DNA of 64,000 bases from positions 13,928 through 77,927 of the forward strand of contig CAWJRI010000012.1 of the NCBI GenBank assembly GCA_963845175.1, in the 5' to 3' direction. The notes beneath the pieces were generated by a model that was not told the DNA's origin, did not search any database, and saw nothing but the letters and a program-made list of their open reading frames with translations. The DNA is from an uncultured archaeon (GTDB taxonomy: Archaea > Nanobdellota > Nanobdellia > Woesearchaeales > CAIVOO01). A program made the position numbers and the translations under genes. Below, piece after piece: positions 45,197-54,367 of this stretch; positions within the stretch are counted from its first letter, which is position 1, and every line of letters starts with the position of its first letter.

Positions 45197-46627
45197 ATGG
45201 AAGATATAGAGCTTAAAAAGGAAAACGAATTTATATGGACTATGCCTAAAAAAGGCGCAATGGCTGTGCCTGCAAAGGTTTATGCCTCTGAAAAACTGCT
45301 TGGCAAGATAAAGGAAGACAGAACATTGATGCAGTTGAGAAATGTCGCCTGCCTGAAAGGGATAATTAAGCATGCTTTGGTCATGCCTGATGCGCACGAA
45401 GGTTATGGTTTTCCAATCGGAGGAGTTGCTGCGTTTGACATGCGCGATGGAATTATTTCGCCTGGCGGGGTTGGCTATGATATAAACTGCGGCGTAAGGC
45501 TGCTGAGGACAGATTGGAATGTAAATGATGTTCTTGCAAAAAGAAAAGAGCTTTTGAATGAAATTTTTAAGGAGGTTCCTGCAGGTGTCGGAAAAGGCGG
45601 AATCACGAAATTGCCAAGGGATGTTCTGATGGAAGTACTTTCAAAAGGCTCGAAATGGGCGCTTGATAATGGCTATGGCGCAAAAGAGGATTTGGAAAGG
45701 ACAGAGGAGAACGGATGTATGGCAGGAGCAGACCCTCATTTTGTCTCAAGCACTGCGCTGGCGAGGGGAATGCCCCAGCTTGGAACTCTTGGAAGCGGGA
45801 ATCATTTTCTTGAAATACAGAAGGTTGACAAGATTTTCAACAAGGAAATTGCTGAAAAGTTTGGAATTCAGAAAGAGGGGCAGATTACTGTAATGATTCA
45901 CTGCGGTTCTCGCGGACTTGGCCATCAGGTTGCTTCTGATTACATAAAAAAGATGGAAGACAAATACGGCTTCAAGGACTTGCCTGACCGCGAGCTTGTC
46001 AATGCGCCAATACAATCAGAGCTTGGGCAGGAATATTACAAGGCGATGTGCTGCGCGATAAATTATGCGTTTGCAAACAGGCAGATGATTTGCCATTGGA
46101 CTCGCGATGTTTTCAAGAAGGTAATGGGAACAAGCGACGGGGTGAGGCAGGTTTATGATGTCTGCCACAATCTTGCAAAGTTTGAGAAGCATTTAATTGA
46201 CGGCAAAGAGGAAAAGGTCTGCGTGCACAGGAAAGGCGCCACGCGTTCATTCGGTCCTGGAAGAGAAGAAATTCCAGAGATTTACAGGAAAGTCGGACAG
46301 CCGGTGATAATTCCGGGAAGCATGGGAACTGCCTCCTATCTTATGGTTGGGACAAAGACAGCTGAAGAGGTTTCTTTTGGAAGCACGGCGCACGGCGCAG
46401 GAAGGGTGATGAGCAGGATGGCTGCACTGAGGCAGTTCAGCGGCGAGCAGATAAAGCATTCGCTTGAAGGAAAAGGCATTGAGCTGAAATCAGCTTCGTG
46501 GAAAGGCGTTGCAGAGGAAGCGCCTGAGGTCTACAAAGACATAGATGAGGTTGCAAGGGTTTCTAATGGATTAGGAATCGGGAATCTTGTTGCAAGATTA
46601 GTTCCGATTGGTGTCATGAAAGGCTGA
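45197..46627 (+). CDS. rtcB: RNA-splicing ligase RtcB
   Basis: PDAHEGYGFPIGGV, GYDINCGVRLL, HCGSRGLGHQV, HGAGR. First ATG is 45197. Confidence 0.95.
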   Translation: MEDIELKKENEFIWTMPKKGAMAVPAKVYASEKLLGKIKEDRTLMQLRNVACLKGIIKHALVMPDAHEGYGFPIGGVAAFDMRDGIISPGGVGYDINCGVRLLRTDWNVNDVLAKRKELLNEIFKEVPAGVGKGGITKLPRDVLMEVLSKGSKWALDNGYGAKEDLERTEENGCMAGADPHFVSSTALARGMPQLGTLGSGNHFLEIQKVDKIFNKEIAEKFGIQKEGQITVMIHCGSRGLGHQVASDYIKKMEDKYGFKDLPDRELVNAPIQSELGQEYYKAMCCAINYAFANRQMICHWTRDVFKKVMGTSDGVRQVYDVCHNLAKFEKHLIDGKEEKVCVHRKGATRSFGPGREEIPEIYRKVGQPVIIPGSMGTASYLMVGTKTAEEVSFGSTAHGAGRVMSRMAALRQFSGEQIKHSLEGKGIELKSASWKGVAEEAPEVYKDIDEVARVSNGLGIGNLVARLVPIGVMKG

Positions 46628-46936
46628 TTATTTCTTCCCTACTTTTTCTTCCTTTAGAATCATTTTTGCAATCAGGAAAACAACGAATGCAATTATTATG
46701 AAGTTTATCAGTTCGCCGAGAAATGCGCCCCAGCCAATTTTGAACGGACCAAGCACCAGGATAGCTGTCTTCCATGCTCCGCCTGGCATGAATGGGGTTA
46801 TGAGTGGCATTATTATGTTGTCAACAAGTGATTTTATCAGGGCCGTTGAAGTTATACCCATCACAAAACCGATTGCAAGAGCAATAACCTTATATTCCTT
46901 AAGAAACTCTAAAAATTCTCTCATGAGTTGTTTCAT
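46628..46936 (-). CDS. mscL: Large-conductance mechanosensitive channel
   Basis: FLKEYKVIALAIGFVMGITSTALIKSLVDNIIMPLI, 102 aa, two TM segments. Confidence 0.85.
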   Translation of the reverse strand: MKQLMREFLEFLKEYKVIALAIGFVMGITSTALIKSLVDNIIMPLITPFMPGGAWKTAILVLGPFKIGWGAFLGELINFIIIAFVVFLIAKMILKEEKVGKK

Positions 46937-46972
46937 TTTTTATTTAAATTCGATTTACATTTATTAACTTTT

Positions 46973-47245
46973 CTATATGCCGAATGCGTCTGAGAATTCC
47001 CTGACTTTCTTGTAATTCTCAATGAAAGAAAAGCCCTTGTCAGTCAATTGAAAGACTTTTTTGTTTTTTACTGTATTTTCCACAACCAATTCCTTGTTTT
47101 TTAGGTAATCGAGATAGGAATTCATCCGATTATGCGAGAGGTTTGACTTATAAAGTAAGTGAGTTGGCTTGATTCTACCGCCTTTCTCTTGGATTGCCCT
47201 TAGCATATCGTTTACGATTTCCAGTTTTGTTCTTCTTTCTTGCAT
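46973..47245 (-). CDS. Winged-helix DNA-binding protein (HTH_45-like)
   Basis: RRTKLEIVNDMLRAIQEKGGRIKPTHLLYKSNLSHNRMNSYLDYLKNKELV is typical of small archaeal wHTH regulators. Confidence 0.7.
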   Translation of the reverse strand: MQERRTKLEIVNDMLRAIQEKGGRIKPTHLLYKSNLSHNRMNSYLDYLKNKELVVENTVKNKKVFQLTDKGFSFIENYKKVREFSDAFGI

Positions 47246-47858
47246 TTAGTAGACACCTGATTATGACATAGAATAAAATTGCGAATCCAACCAACTGGAT
47301 TATGTTGCTTATGTTATACATTAGGTTGCTGTAGTTGATAAAGATGAGAAGCGCGTGTGCAATCAGCATGAAAACAAATGAAATGAAAACCAACAAACTT
47401 AATGTTGTTTTTTTGCTGCGGTAATTTGAAAAGAAGCTTGGCACAACAAAAAGAAGCGCAAGCGTTGTGAGCAGGTGAAAAAGAAGTGCATTGTCAAGTG
47501 ACAGGATGAATGAAATTATGACTGTCAAGAAAAGGAAAAGCGCTGCCTTATTATCAAGATTAAGCGAAAGAATCGCAAGAACAATATATCCAATTGTGAT
47601 TAAAAGCGAATAGACAAAATAGCCCCTGTTGAAAGCGCTGAACAGGTTTGCAAGGTTTGTCTGGAAAAGCAGCACCAGGTTCGTAAGCAAAAGAACAAAG
47701 AAGCTTAAGCCGATGATGCTAAATGAAACTGCAAAATATTTGTGCCTTTTTTCAGATGTCAGCTTGTATGCCTTGTAGCCCATGAATGCAACTAGAAAAG
47801 AGGCAAACATTGAAACTGTCTCTGTAATAAAGTCAAATATAGATAAACTGACTTGCAT
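47175..47858 (-). CDS. 227-aa seven-TM membrane protein
   Basis: ORF track. Its basic C-terminal tail overlaps the wHTH gene by 71 nt in another frame. Confidence 0.55.
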   Translation of the reverse strand: MQVSLSIFDFITETVSMFASFLVAFMGYKAYKLTSEKRHKYFAVSFSIIGLSFFVLLLTNLVLLFQTNLANLFSAFNRGYFVYSLLITIGYIVLAILSLNLDNKAALFLFLTVIISFILSLDNALLFHLLTTLALLFVVPSFFSNYRSKKTTLSLLVFISFVFMLIAHALLIFINYSNLMYNISNIIQLVGFAILFYVIIRCLLNARKKNKTGNRKRYAKGNPRERR

Positions 47859-48070
47859 ATGTGTTAGTTCTTTTTTTTAGTTTTTAAAGTTTGTGGATTA
47901 TTGATGCAGATTAAGGCTTCCTAATGTATTTATTGATGGCGGTAATAATAGATAGTATGAGAATCGTACGCATATTCACTAAAAAGGAACCATTGTCAGA
48001 AATTGACCAAAGCGAAAAAAACAAGGAGGTGGTGATACGCAACAAATAACACCTAAAATGTCTGCCCAGG

Positions 48071-48088
48071 CCAGCCCTGCGGGGCTGG
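48071..48088 (-). terminator. 7-bp GC-rich hairpin (CCAGCCC-TGCG-GGGCTGG) directly after the metallophosphoesterase stop
   Basis: Seen in the sequence. A T-containing stretch follows on the minus strand. Function inferred. Confidence 0.35.
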
Positions 48089-48691
48089 TCATATTTCTAT
48101 TATCTTCCCAGCCTTACCTACATTAATCACTCTTGTCTTTCCTATCTTTTCCTCTATTCCTTCTGCCTCATGAACATGCGAGCACAGCAGAATGTCTGGC
48201 TTGAATTCGTCGATTGCCTTTCTTATCCCCTTGCTTCCTGGGAAGAACTGCGTGAATTTCTCCATGATTGTTTCTGACGGATGAACATGAGTTATCATTA
48301 TTTTTTTCTTGTAATTCTTTATATTCTCGAACCCTTTCTTTAGCGCGCTGAATATTTCGCTTTCAGACAGCTGGAACAAGCCGATGTTTGCCCCGCCGCA
48401 GCCGAACAATCCAACGTCTTTGTACTTGATTGAGTAGCCGTGAAGGTTGATAACATCATAAAGCTCTGCAAGGAAGTCAGCTGTTGCAATTGTCTCGTGA
48501 TTGCCTGGTATGAGAATGACTTTCTTGCCTTTCTTGACAAACGGACCGATAATGCCTTCTGTGCTTTTCTCTGCCATTGTCAAATCACCGCAGAGGATGA
48601 CTAGATCTACCTTTTCCTTCTCAGCCTGGTCAGCCAGCTTCTTTGCCTGGCCTGTGTCCCCATGTATGTCTCCTGCTGCTAGGATTTTCAT
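48089..48691 (-). CDS. Calcineurin-like metallophosphoesterase (YfcE/MJ0936-like)
   Basis: MKILAAGDIHGD, ILCGDLT, GNHE, ITHVHP, CSHVHE. Confidence 0.85.
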   Translation of the reverse strand: MKILAAGDIHGDTGQAKKLADQAEKEKVDLVILCGDLTMAEKSTEGIIGPFVKKGKKVILIPGNHETIATADFLAELYDVINLHGYSIKYKDVGLFGCGGANIGLFQLSESEIFSALKKGFENIKNYKKKIMITHVHPSETIMEKFTQFFPGSKGIRKAIDEFKPDILLCSHVHEAEGIEEKIGKTRVINVGKAGKIIEI

Positions 48692-48850
48692 AGCTTAACT
48701 GTGGAGGATATAGTTTAAAAATATGATTATTTTCTATATTCTAATTAAACAAGGCCATTTAACCTCAATCTACACACTACCACTGGACATCCCTTGTCGC
48801 GGCGTATTTAAACCAAACAGATCTAGTTTATTCTAAAAGAGGTGATTAAA

Positions 48851-48991
48851 ATGAATACAGAAACAAGAAGATTCATCGCAAAGGAAGTATACGGCGTGCC
48901 TGAAATCACAGGCAGTTTCCAAAGCAAGATACACGAACTTTTTTACACTCAGACAAGAGCGCTTACCCTGAAAACAGCAGGTGCAAGATGA
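48851..48991 (+). CDS. Possible 46-aa small protein (below the ORF-track cutoff)
   Basis: The ATG is preceded by AGAGGTGAT at -13 to -5. It translates as MNTETRRFIAKEVYGVPEITGSFQSKIHELFYTQTRALTLKTAGAR*. A hairpin plus T-tract lies about 50 nt downstream. Confidence 0.3.
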   Translation: MNTETRRFIAKEVYGVPEITGSFQSKIHELFYTQTRALTLKTAGAR

Positions 48992-49042
48992 GAATCAAGC
49001 TAAGGTGTTTCAAAAAACGCTAGCACATACGCCCCAAAAGCC

Positions 49043-49069
49043 AACGGTAGCTTTAAAAAAGCTACCGTT
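49043..49069 (+). terminator. 9-bp hairpin AACGGTAGC-N9-GCTACCGTT followed by a T-rich tail
   Basis: Seen in the sequence, between the small ORF and the tsaC start. Confidence 0.4.
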
Positions 49070-49082
49070 CTCTTTCTATTTT

Positions 49083-49634
49083 ATGAAGATTTACAATGGA
49101 CTTGAAGAAAAAGAAGAAATAATGTTTGAAATTGAATGCGGCGCTGTCTTCATCTATCCGACTGACACAATTTATGGCATCGGATGCAATGCAACTGATT
49201 CTAAGGCAGTCAGAAGAATAAGAAAAATTAAGGTAAGTAAAAAGCCATTTTCAGTTATTGTGCCTGGAAAGAAATGGATTGAGAACAACTGCGTTATTGA
49301 AACGCAGCATCAAAAATACCTGAAAAAACTTCCTGGCAAATACACTTTAATTTTAAAATTAAAAAACAAGGATTCAATTGCGAGAGAGGTTTCAACAAAG
49401 ACAATTGGCGTGAGAATTCCAAAAAACGAATTCTCAAAGCTTGTTGAAGATCTTGGATTCCCTGTTGTGACAACAAGTGTGAATGAAACAGGAAAGAAAT
49501 TCCTGACAAACTTAAAAAATCTGGATAAAAAAATCGAAAGGCAGGTTGATTTTGCAGTTGATGCTGGCAAAATCAATGGAAAGCCATCCACAATCATTGA
49601 TTTGACGCAAAAAAAGCCAAGAATTCTGCGCTAG
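49083..49634 (+). CDS. tsaC: Threonylcarbamoyl-AMP synthase (YrdC/TsaC domain only)
   Basis: GAVFIYPTDTIYGIGCNATD...KPFSVIV...IGVRIP...TTSVN. First ATG is 49083. Confidence 0.85.
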   Translation: MKIYNGLEEKEEIMFEIECGAVFIYPTDTIYGIGCNATDSKAVRRIRKIKVSKKPFSVIVPGKKWIENNCVIETQHQKYLKKLPGKYTLILKLKNKDSIAREVSTKTIGVRIPKNEFSKLVEDLGFPVVTTSVNETGKKFLTNLKNLDKKIERQVDFAVDAGKINGKPSTIIDLTQKKPRILR

Positions 49635-50701
49635 AACTCAGTCAATCTCTTGTCAGCGCCGTATTTTATTATCGTCGTGTTTCCTTCTGAACCGCCTGTC
49701 ACTCTTTCCGACGCTATGAACTTGTTCTCTGCGAGCTTCGCTATCTTCCGCTGAAATGATTTGTAAGCCATTTTTCCGCCTTTTTCCTGGTAAATCTTGT
49801 AAAGCTCACCTATTTTCCTACCTGAGTTGTCCTTCACAATCTTAAGAATATCATTTGATTCCTCATCAAGCTCATCTTTTTTCTTTATTGAGAAATCGCT
49901 TAGCTTGCTTATTGCCTTTTTCGCGTGCTTCTCCTCTATTGTCTTTGACGCAGAGTCCTCTGCAGAAAGCCCCGCCTCCCTCAGAAGATAAAGCCCGATT
50001 CTTATGTCGCCAATCTCAAATGTCTTTTTTGAAATCATGTCAAGCGCCTTCTGCTCAAGCACATTCGGCGCAAATGCATAGCCTGCACGCTCCTTCAAAA
50101 TTCCCTTTGTCTCTATTTCATTATAAGGTTTGAACTCAAGAGTCTCAGGCACAAGCCTTGATTTTATCCGGTTATCAATTTCGTCAATGAAAGTCTTGTA
50201 ATTTGTTATCAGGAAAACGCTTTTCCTAAAAATTTCTTCAAGAATTGTGTAAATGAAGTCAAACTCCTCTGCCTTGTCTATCTCATCAAAGACAAAAACA
50301 GCTGATTTCTTGTTGATAATGTTCTTGATGACTTCAAAAAGCTCCTCTGTCCTCTTGTTCTGTGTAAACTTATAACCAATGATGCTGCAGATTTCAAGCA
50401 CAACCTTGTAGGTTGTGTTCTTCTGCCAGCAATTTATGTAAATCGGGATGACATCGTCTGTCTCTTCCTCAAGCTCTTTAATGACATGAAGGCAGGCAAC
50501 TGTCTTTCCAACTCCCGGAGGTCCATGGATTATAATATTTCTTCCATTCCTGTTTTCAAGCAAGGGCTTTATCCTACTTGCAATGTAATGCTGCTGACTC
50601 TCCCTATATGGAATTAGCTTTGGCACAAAAGTGTAGTCCAGCGCTAATTCATTCAAAAATAGCGATTCAGACCCCCCAAGCATATTCCTGAAAATACCCA
50701 T
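49631..50701 (-). CDS. cdc6: Orc1/Cdc6 replication initiator
   Basis: IIHGPPGVGKT (Walker A), VFVFDEIDK (Walker B), C-terminal winged helix. Confidence 0.9.
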   Translation of the reverse strand: MGIFRNMLGGSESLFLNELALDYTFVPKLIPYRESQQHYIASRIKPLLENRNGRNIIIHGPPGVGKTVACLHVIKELEEETDDVIPIYINCWQKNTTYKVVLEICSIIGYKFTQNKRTEELFEVIKNIINKKSAVFVFDEIDKAEEFDFIYTILEEIFRKSVFLITNYKTFIDEIDNRIKSRLVPETLEFKPYNEIETKGILKERAGYAFAPNVLEQKALDMISKKTFEIGDIRIGLYLLREAGLSAEDSASKTIEEKHAKKAISKLSDFSIKKKDELDEESNDILKIVKDNSGRKIGELYKIYQEKGGKMAYKSFQRKIAKLAENKFIASERVTGGSEGNTTIIKYGADKRLTEF

Positions 50702-50755
50702 AGTTATACATAAACATAGCTAATATTTATATATTTATATCCTATACTGAATGCC

Positions 50756-52684
50756 ATGCCGACCATAGAAAGTCTGATTAAGAAAGTAAAAGAGTATAGC
50801 CCTTCTGTAAATGACGCGCTGATAAGGAAGGCATATGAAGTTGCTGAAAAAGCTCACAGAAATGAGAGAAGGGCATCTGGCGAGCCGTTCATAGTCCACC
50901 CACTTTCTGTTGCAGAGTCGCTTGCCGAGTTCAAGATGGATGAAGCTTCAATCTGCGCAGCCCTGCTTCACGATGTTGTTGAGGACACGCCCGAATCAAT
51001 TGACAGGATCAAAAGCGAATTTGGCGATGAGATTGCAATGCTTGTTGACGGCGTCACAAAAATAACAACATTAAAGTCAAAGAGCAGGGAGGAGTACCAG
51101 ACAGAATCATTGAGAAAAATGCTTTTCGCAACTGCAAAGGATATCCGGGTGATAATAATAAAACTTCTAGACAAGCTTCACAACATGAAAACTCTCGAGT
51201 TCCTGCCAAAGGAAAAACAGCTGAGGATTTCAAAGGAAGTTATGGATGTTTACGCACCGATTGCATACAGACTTGGGATTGAAAAGATAAAAAATCAATT
51301 GGAAGATCTGGCATTCAAGTATCTCGAGCCTGAAAAATTCAATGAAATTGAGGAAAAGATAAAGAAAAACAAAAGAGCAAGAGAGGAGCAGATAGAAAAG
51401 CTAAGGGAGTTTCTTGAAGGCGCACTTAAGGAGCACAACATACCCTGCAAGGTTGTCGGGAGGCTGAAGAACATTTACTCAATCTACAAAAAGATGGTAA
51501 GGAAAGAGAGAACATTCGAGGAAATATTTGATGTTGTTGCATTAAGGGTTGTGACTGACACACCAGACAACTGCTACAAAGTAATCGGAATCATTCACAG
51601 CATGTGGAAGCCGATTCCAAGAAGGTTCAAGGACTTCATTGCCATACCTAAGGTTAACATGTACCAGTCATTACATGATGTTGTCATAGGCGAAGGCGGA
51701 ACAATAATTGAGATACAGGTTAGGACAGAGGAGATGGACAAGTTAGCAGAGGAAGGGATTGCTGCTCACTGGAAATATAAGGGGCTTGAAACAGACAAGA
51801 AGTTTGACAAGAAGCTGAGCTGGCTGAAGGAAATAATGGACTGGCAGCAGGACGCTTCTGCAAAAGAATTTGTTGAGTCATTGGAAATAGATTTTTTCAA
51901 GGATGAAATTTATGTTTTCACGCCAAAAGGCGATGTTATAGAGCTGCCAAAGGGCTCCACGCCGATTGATTTTGCTTACTCAATTCATTCAGGCATCGGC
52001 GACCACTGCATCGGCGCAAAGGTCAACGGCACATTCGTGAGCCTGAGGCATGAATTGAGGACAGGTGATGTTGTTGAGATAATGACTTCAAAAACGCAGA
52101 AGCCAAGCGTCGGCTGGATGAAGATTGTAAAGACAGCAAAGGCGCTGAGCAAAATCAAAAAATACCTTTATGAGGAAAAGAAGATTCCTGTAAGAGGTAC
52201 CAAGAAGATTGAGAGAAAGGAGCTGTCTGTTTCAGGAGGACAGGGAATACTGCTGATTGAAGGTGTCAAAAATCCAAAAATAAAGCTTGCAAAATGCTGC
52301 AATCCCCTGCCTGGACAGGATATTATCGGCTACGCTGATAAAATCAGAGGGGTTGTAATACACAAGGCAGACTGCGGTAATTCTAAGTTAAAAGACACGC
52401 AGAAGAGAAAGGTTAAGGTACACTGGAGAAGCGAATTCAGTGCATTTATCGAGCTGAAAGTGGAGGCGCTTGACAGGGTTGGCCTGCTTGCTGACATTCT
52501 TAACACAATCGCGGCAACAGGCACTAATCTGGAGACTGCAAACGCGAAAATGCTTGGCAAGGATATGTCAGAATGTACGTTCAAGATAAAAGTTGAAGAT
52601 CTGGACCACATAAGGGATTTAATAGAAAGAATAAAGAAATTAAAGGACATAAAAAAGATTTATATTGGAAAGCTTGGTGTTTAG
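50756..52684 (+). CDS. rel: Long RelA/SpoT homolog (bifunctional (p)ppGpp synthetase/hydrolase architecture: HD, synthetase, TGS, ACT)
   Basis: HD domain: H..ERRASGEPFIVHPLSVA...LLHDVVEDT. Synthetase domain: GRLKNIYSIYKKM...VVALRVV...YQSLHDVV...IEIQVRT. TGS domain: IYVFTPKGDVIELPKGSTPIDFAYSIHS. ACT domain: DRVGLLADILNTIA. Confidence 0.9.
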   Translation: MPTIESLIKKVKEYSPSVNDALIRKAYEVAEKAHRNERRASGEPFIVHPLSVAESLAEFKMDEASICAALLHDVVEDTPESIDRIKSEFGDEIAMLVDGVTKITTLKSKSREEYQTESLRKMLFATAKDIRVIIIKLLDKLHNMKTLEFLPKEKQLRISKEVMDVYAPIAYRLGIEKIKNQLEDLAFKYLEPEKFNEIEEKIKKNKRAREEQIEKLREFLEGALKEHNIPCKVVGRLKNIYSIYKKMVRKERTFEEIFDVVALRVVTDTPDNCYKVIGIIHSMWKPIPRRFKDFIAIPKVNMYQSLHDVVIGEGGTIIEIQVRTEEMDKLAEEGIAAHWKYKGLETDKKFDKKLSWLKEIMDWQQDASAKEFVESLEIDFFKDEIYVFTPKGDVIELPKGSTPIDFAYSIHSGIGDHCIGAKVNGTFVSLRHELRTGDVVEIMTSKTQKPSVGWMKIVKTAKALSKIKKYLYEEKKIPVRGTKKIERKELSVSGGQGILLIEGVKNPKIKLAKCCNPLPGQDIIGYADKIRGVVIHKADCGNSKLKDTQKRKVKVHWRSEFSAFIELKVEALDRVGLLADILNTIAATGTNLETANAKMLGKDMSECTFKIKVEDLDHIRDLIERIKKLKDIKKIYIGKLGV

Positions 52685-53016
52685 TGCCTTGCCTCAAATT
52701 CTGCAACGCATTTGTCAGAGCAGAACTTATGCATCTTCTCATTGATTCTTTTCTCAACTGGATTTTTTCCAAGCACTTTTTTGCAGTTGTCGCAAACTGC
52801 GTCTTCTCCTTCTTCGCCCTCTGAAAATCCTGCTTCCCAACTATCTATCTCATCATCTTCGACAAGCTTTTCCCTTCCCTCTTCTGAGTAAACATCCTCT
52901 TCTTTCTCGCCTGTCTCCATCTCCAATTCCAGCTCATCTGAGCTTTCCTCGTGCTCCTCTGGCTCGTCCTCGAAGCTATCTTTCTTTGACTCATCCTCTT
53001 CGTCGTCCCTTTTCAT
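52681..53016 (-). CDS. Highly acidic 111-aa protein with a C-terminal TRASH/MYM-like zinc ribbon
   Basis: CDNCKK...(21 aa)...CSDKC, preceded by about 70 aa rich in D/E. The ATG overlaps the serS stop. Confidence 0.6.
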   Translation of the reverse strand: MKRDDEEDESKKDSFEDEPEEHEESSDELELEMETGEKEEDVYSEEGREKLVEDDEIDSWEAGFSEGEEGEDAVCDNCKKVLGKNPVEKRINEKMHKFCSDKCVAEFEARH

Positions 53017-54293
53017 TTTTTCCCTCCTATGACTTTGATTCCATTCATATAAGGCACCAGGACTTTTGGAACAGTCAATGTGCCGTCTTTGTTCTGGTAA
53101 TTTTCCAAGATTGCAACCATTGCCCTTGAGGTTGCAATGGCTGTATTGTTAAGCGTGTGTGGAAAATATGTATTTTTTCCATCTGTTACCTTTATGTTTA
53201 ATCTTCTCGCCTGCGCAGCCTCCATGTTTGTGACTGAAGTTATTTCAAAATAATCATTTTTTCTTGGGGACCATGCTTCCAGATCAGCTGACTTTGCTTT
53301 TAGGTCAGAAAGATCACCTGAGCAACATTCTATTTCCCTTATTGGAAGCCCAAGTTTCTTGAATATTGCTTTGGAATGATTCTGCATTTCTTCATAAAAC
53401 TTATAGGAATCTTCTGGCTCGCATATAACAACCATTTCCTGCTTGTTAAACTGGTGTGTCCTGAAAAGCCCTTTCTCATCTATTCCATGGCTTCCAATCT
53501 CTCTTCTGAAGCACGGGGAAAATCCAGTTAGTTTTATTGGCAGGTCTTTTTTGCTTATTGTCTGGTTGATGAACATGCCAATCAAAGGATGCTCTGAGGT
53601 TGCAATGAGAAAGAGGTCTTCTCCTTCGATCTTATACGACATCTGTGCTATGTCTTCCTTTGAGTAAACTCCCTTCAAAACATTCTCCCTTATCATCCAG
53701 GGTGGCTCAACATACAGGTATCCCTTTTTAATCATGTAATCTCTTGCATAATTTATCAGTGCCATGTTAAGCTGTGCAAGCTCTCCTTTGAGAAAATAAA
53801 ATCCGTTTCCTGATGTTCTTGCCGAAGCGTCAAAATCAGCAACTCCAAGCGCTTCTGCGAGCTCGGCGTGGCCCTTCACACTAAAGTTTAATTTCTTGGG
53901 CTTGCCTATCACTTCCCGAACAACATTTTCCTTGTTGTTTTTTCCTATTGGAACAGATTTATGGATTATGTTTGGGATAACTAGAAGAATTTCTTTTATT
54001 CTCTGCTTGAATTTTTCCTGCTCTTCTTCAGCCTGCATAAGTTTCTGTGGTATTTCTTTTGCTTCTTTCAGCTCATTTGAAGCGCTTTTGCCTTCTTTCT
54101 TGAGCTTGTTTATCTTTTCAGAAAGTATATTTCGCTGCTGCCTTAATTTCTCAGACGTCTGCAAAAGCTTGCGGTATTTCTCATCTTTTTCAATAAGCTC
54201 GTCAACTAGCTTAAGCTTTGAGTCCTGAAATTTCTTTTTTATGTTTTCCTTCACAACTTCAGGATTTTCCCGTATGAATTTTATGTCAAGCAT
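53013..54293 (-). CDS. serS: Serine--tRNA ligase
   Basis: N-terminal coiled-coil arm, motif 2 FSPCFRREIGSHG, motif 3 region, 426 aa. Confidence 0.95.
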   Translation of the reverse strand: MLDIKFIRENPEVVKENIKKKFQDSKLKLVDELIEKDEKYRKLLQTSEKLRQQRNILSEKINKLKKEGKSASNELKEAKEIPQKLMQAEEEQEKFKQRIKEILLVIPNIIHKSVPIGKNNKENVVREVIGKPKKLNFSVKGHAELAEALGVADFDASARTSGNGFYFLKGELAQLNMALINYARDYMIKKGYLYVEPPWMIRENVLKGVYSKEDIAQMSYKIEGEDLFLIATSEHPLIGMFINQTISKKDLPIKLTGFSPCFRREIGSHGIDEKGLFRTHQFNKQEMVVICEPEDSYKFYEEMQNHSKAIFKKLGLPIREIECCSGDLSDLKAKSADLEAWSPRKNDYFEITSVTNMEAAQARRLNIKVTDGKNTYFPHTLNNTAIATSRAMVAILENYQNKDGTLTVPKVLVPYMNGIKVIGGKK

Positions 54294-54367
54294 ATCCTAA
54301 CTTATCAAATCAGGGTTTATAAAATTTTGGGTAAAAGTTTATAAAACAGCCCTGTTTTGTATACATC

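Noticed and set aside
47967-48059. 30-aa ORF (MRIVRIFTKKEPLSEIDQSEKNKEVVIRNK) in the 230-bp gap
   Set aside because: It has no SD-like sequence or other support and is too short to evaluate.
50702-50755. Replication origin next to orc1/cdc6
   Set aside because: Only 54 bp separate cdc6 and rel. The region holds AT-rich promoter-like sequence but no recognisable ORB or mini-ORB inverted repeats and no extended unwinding element.
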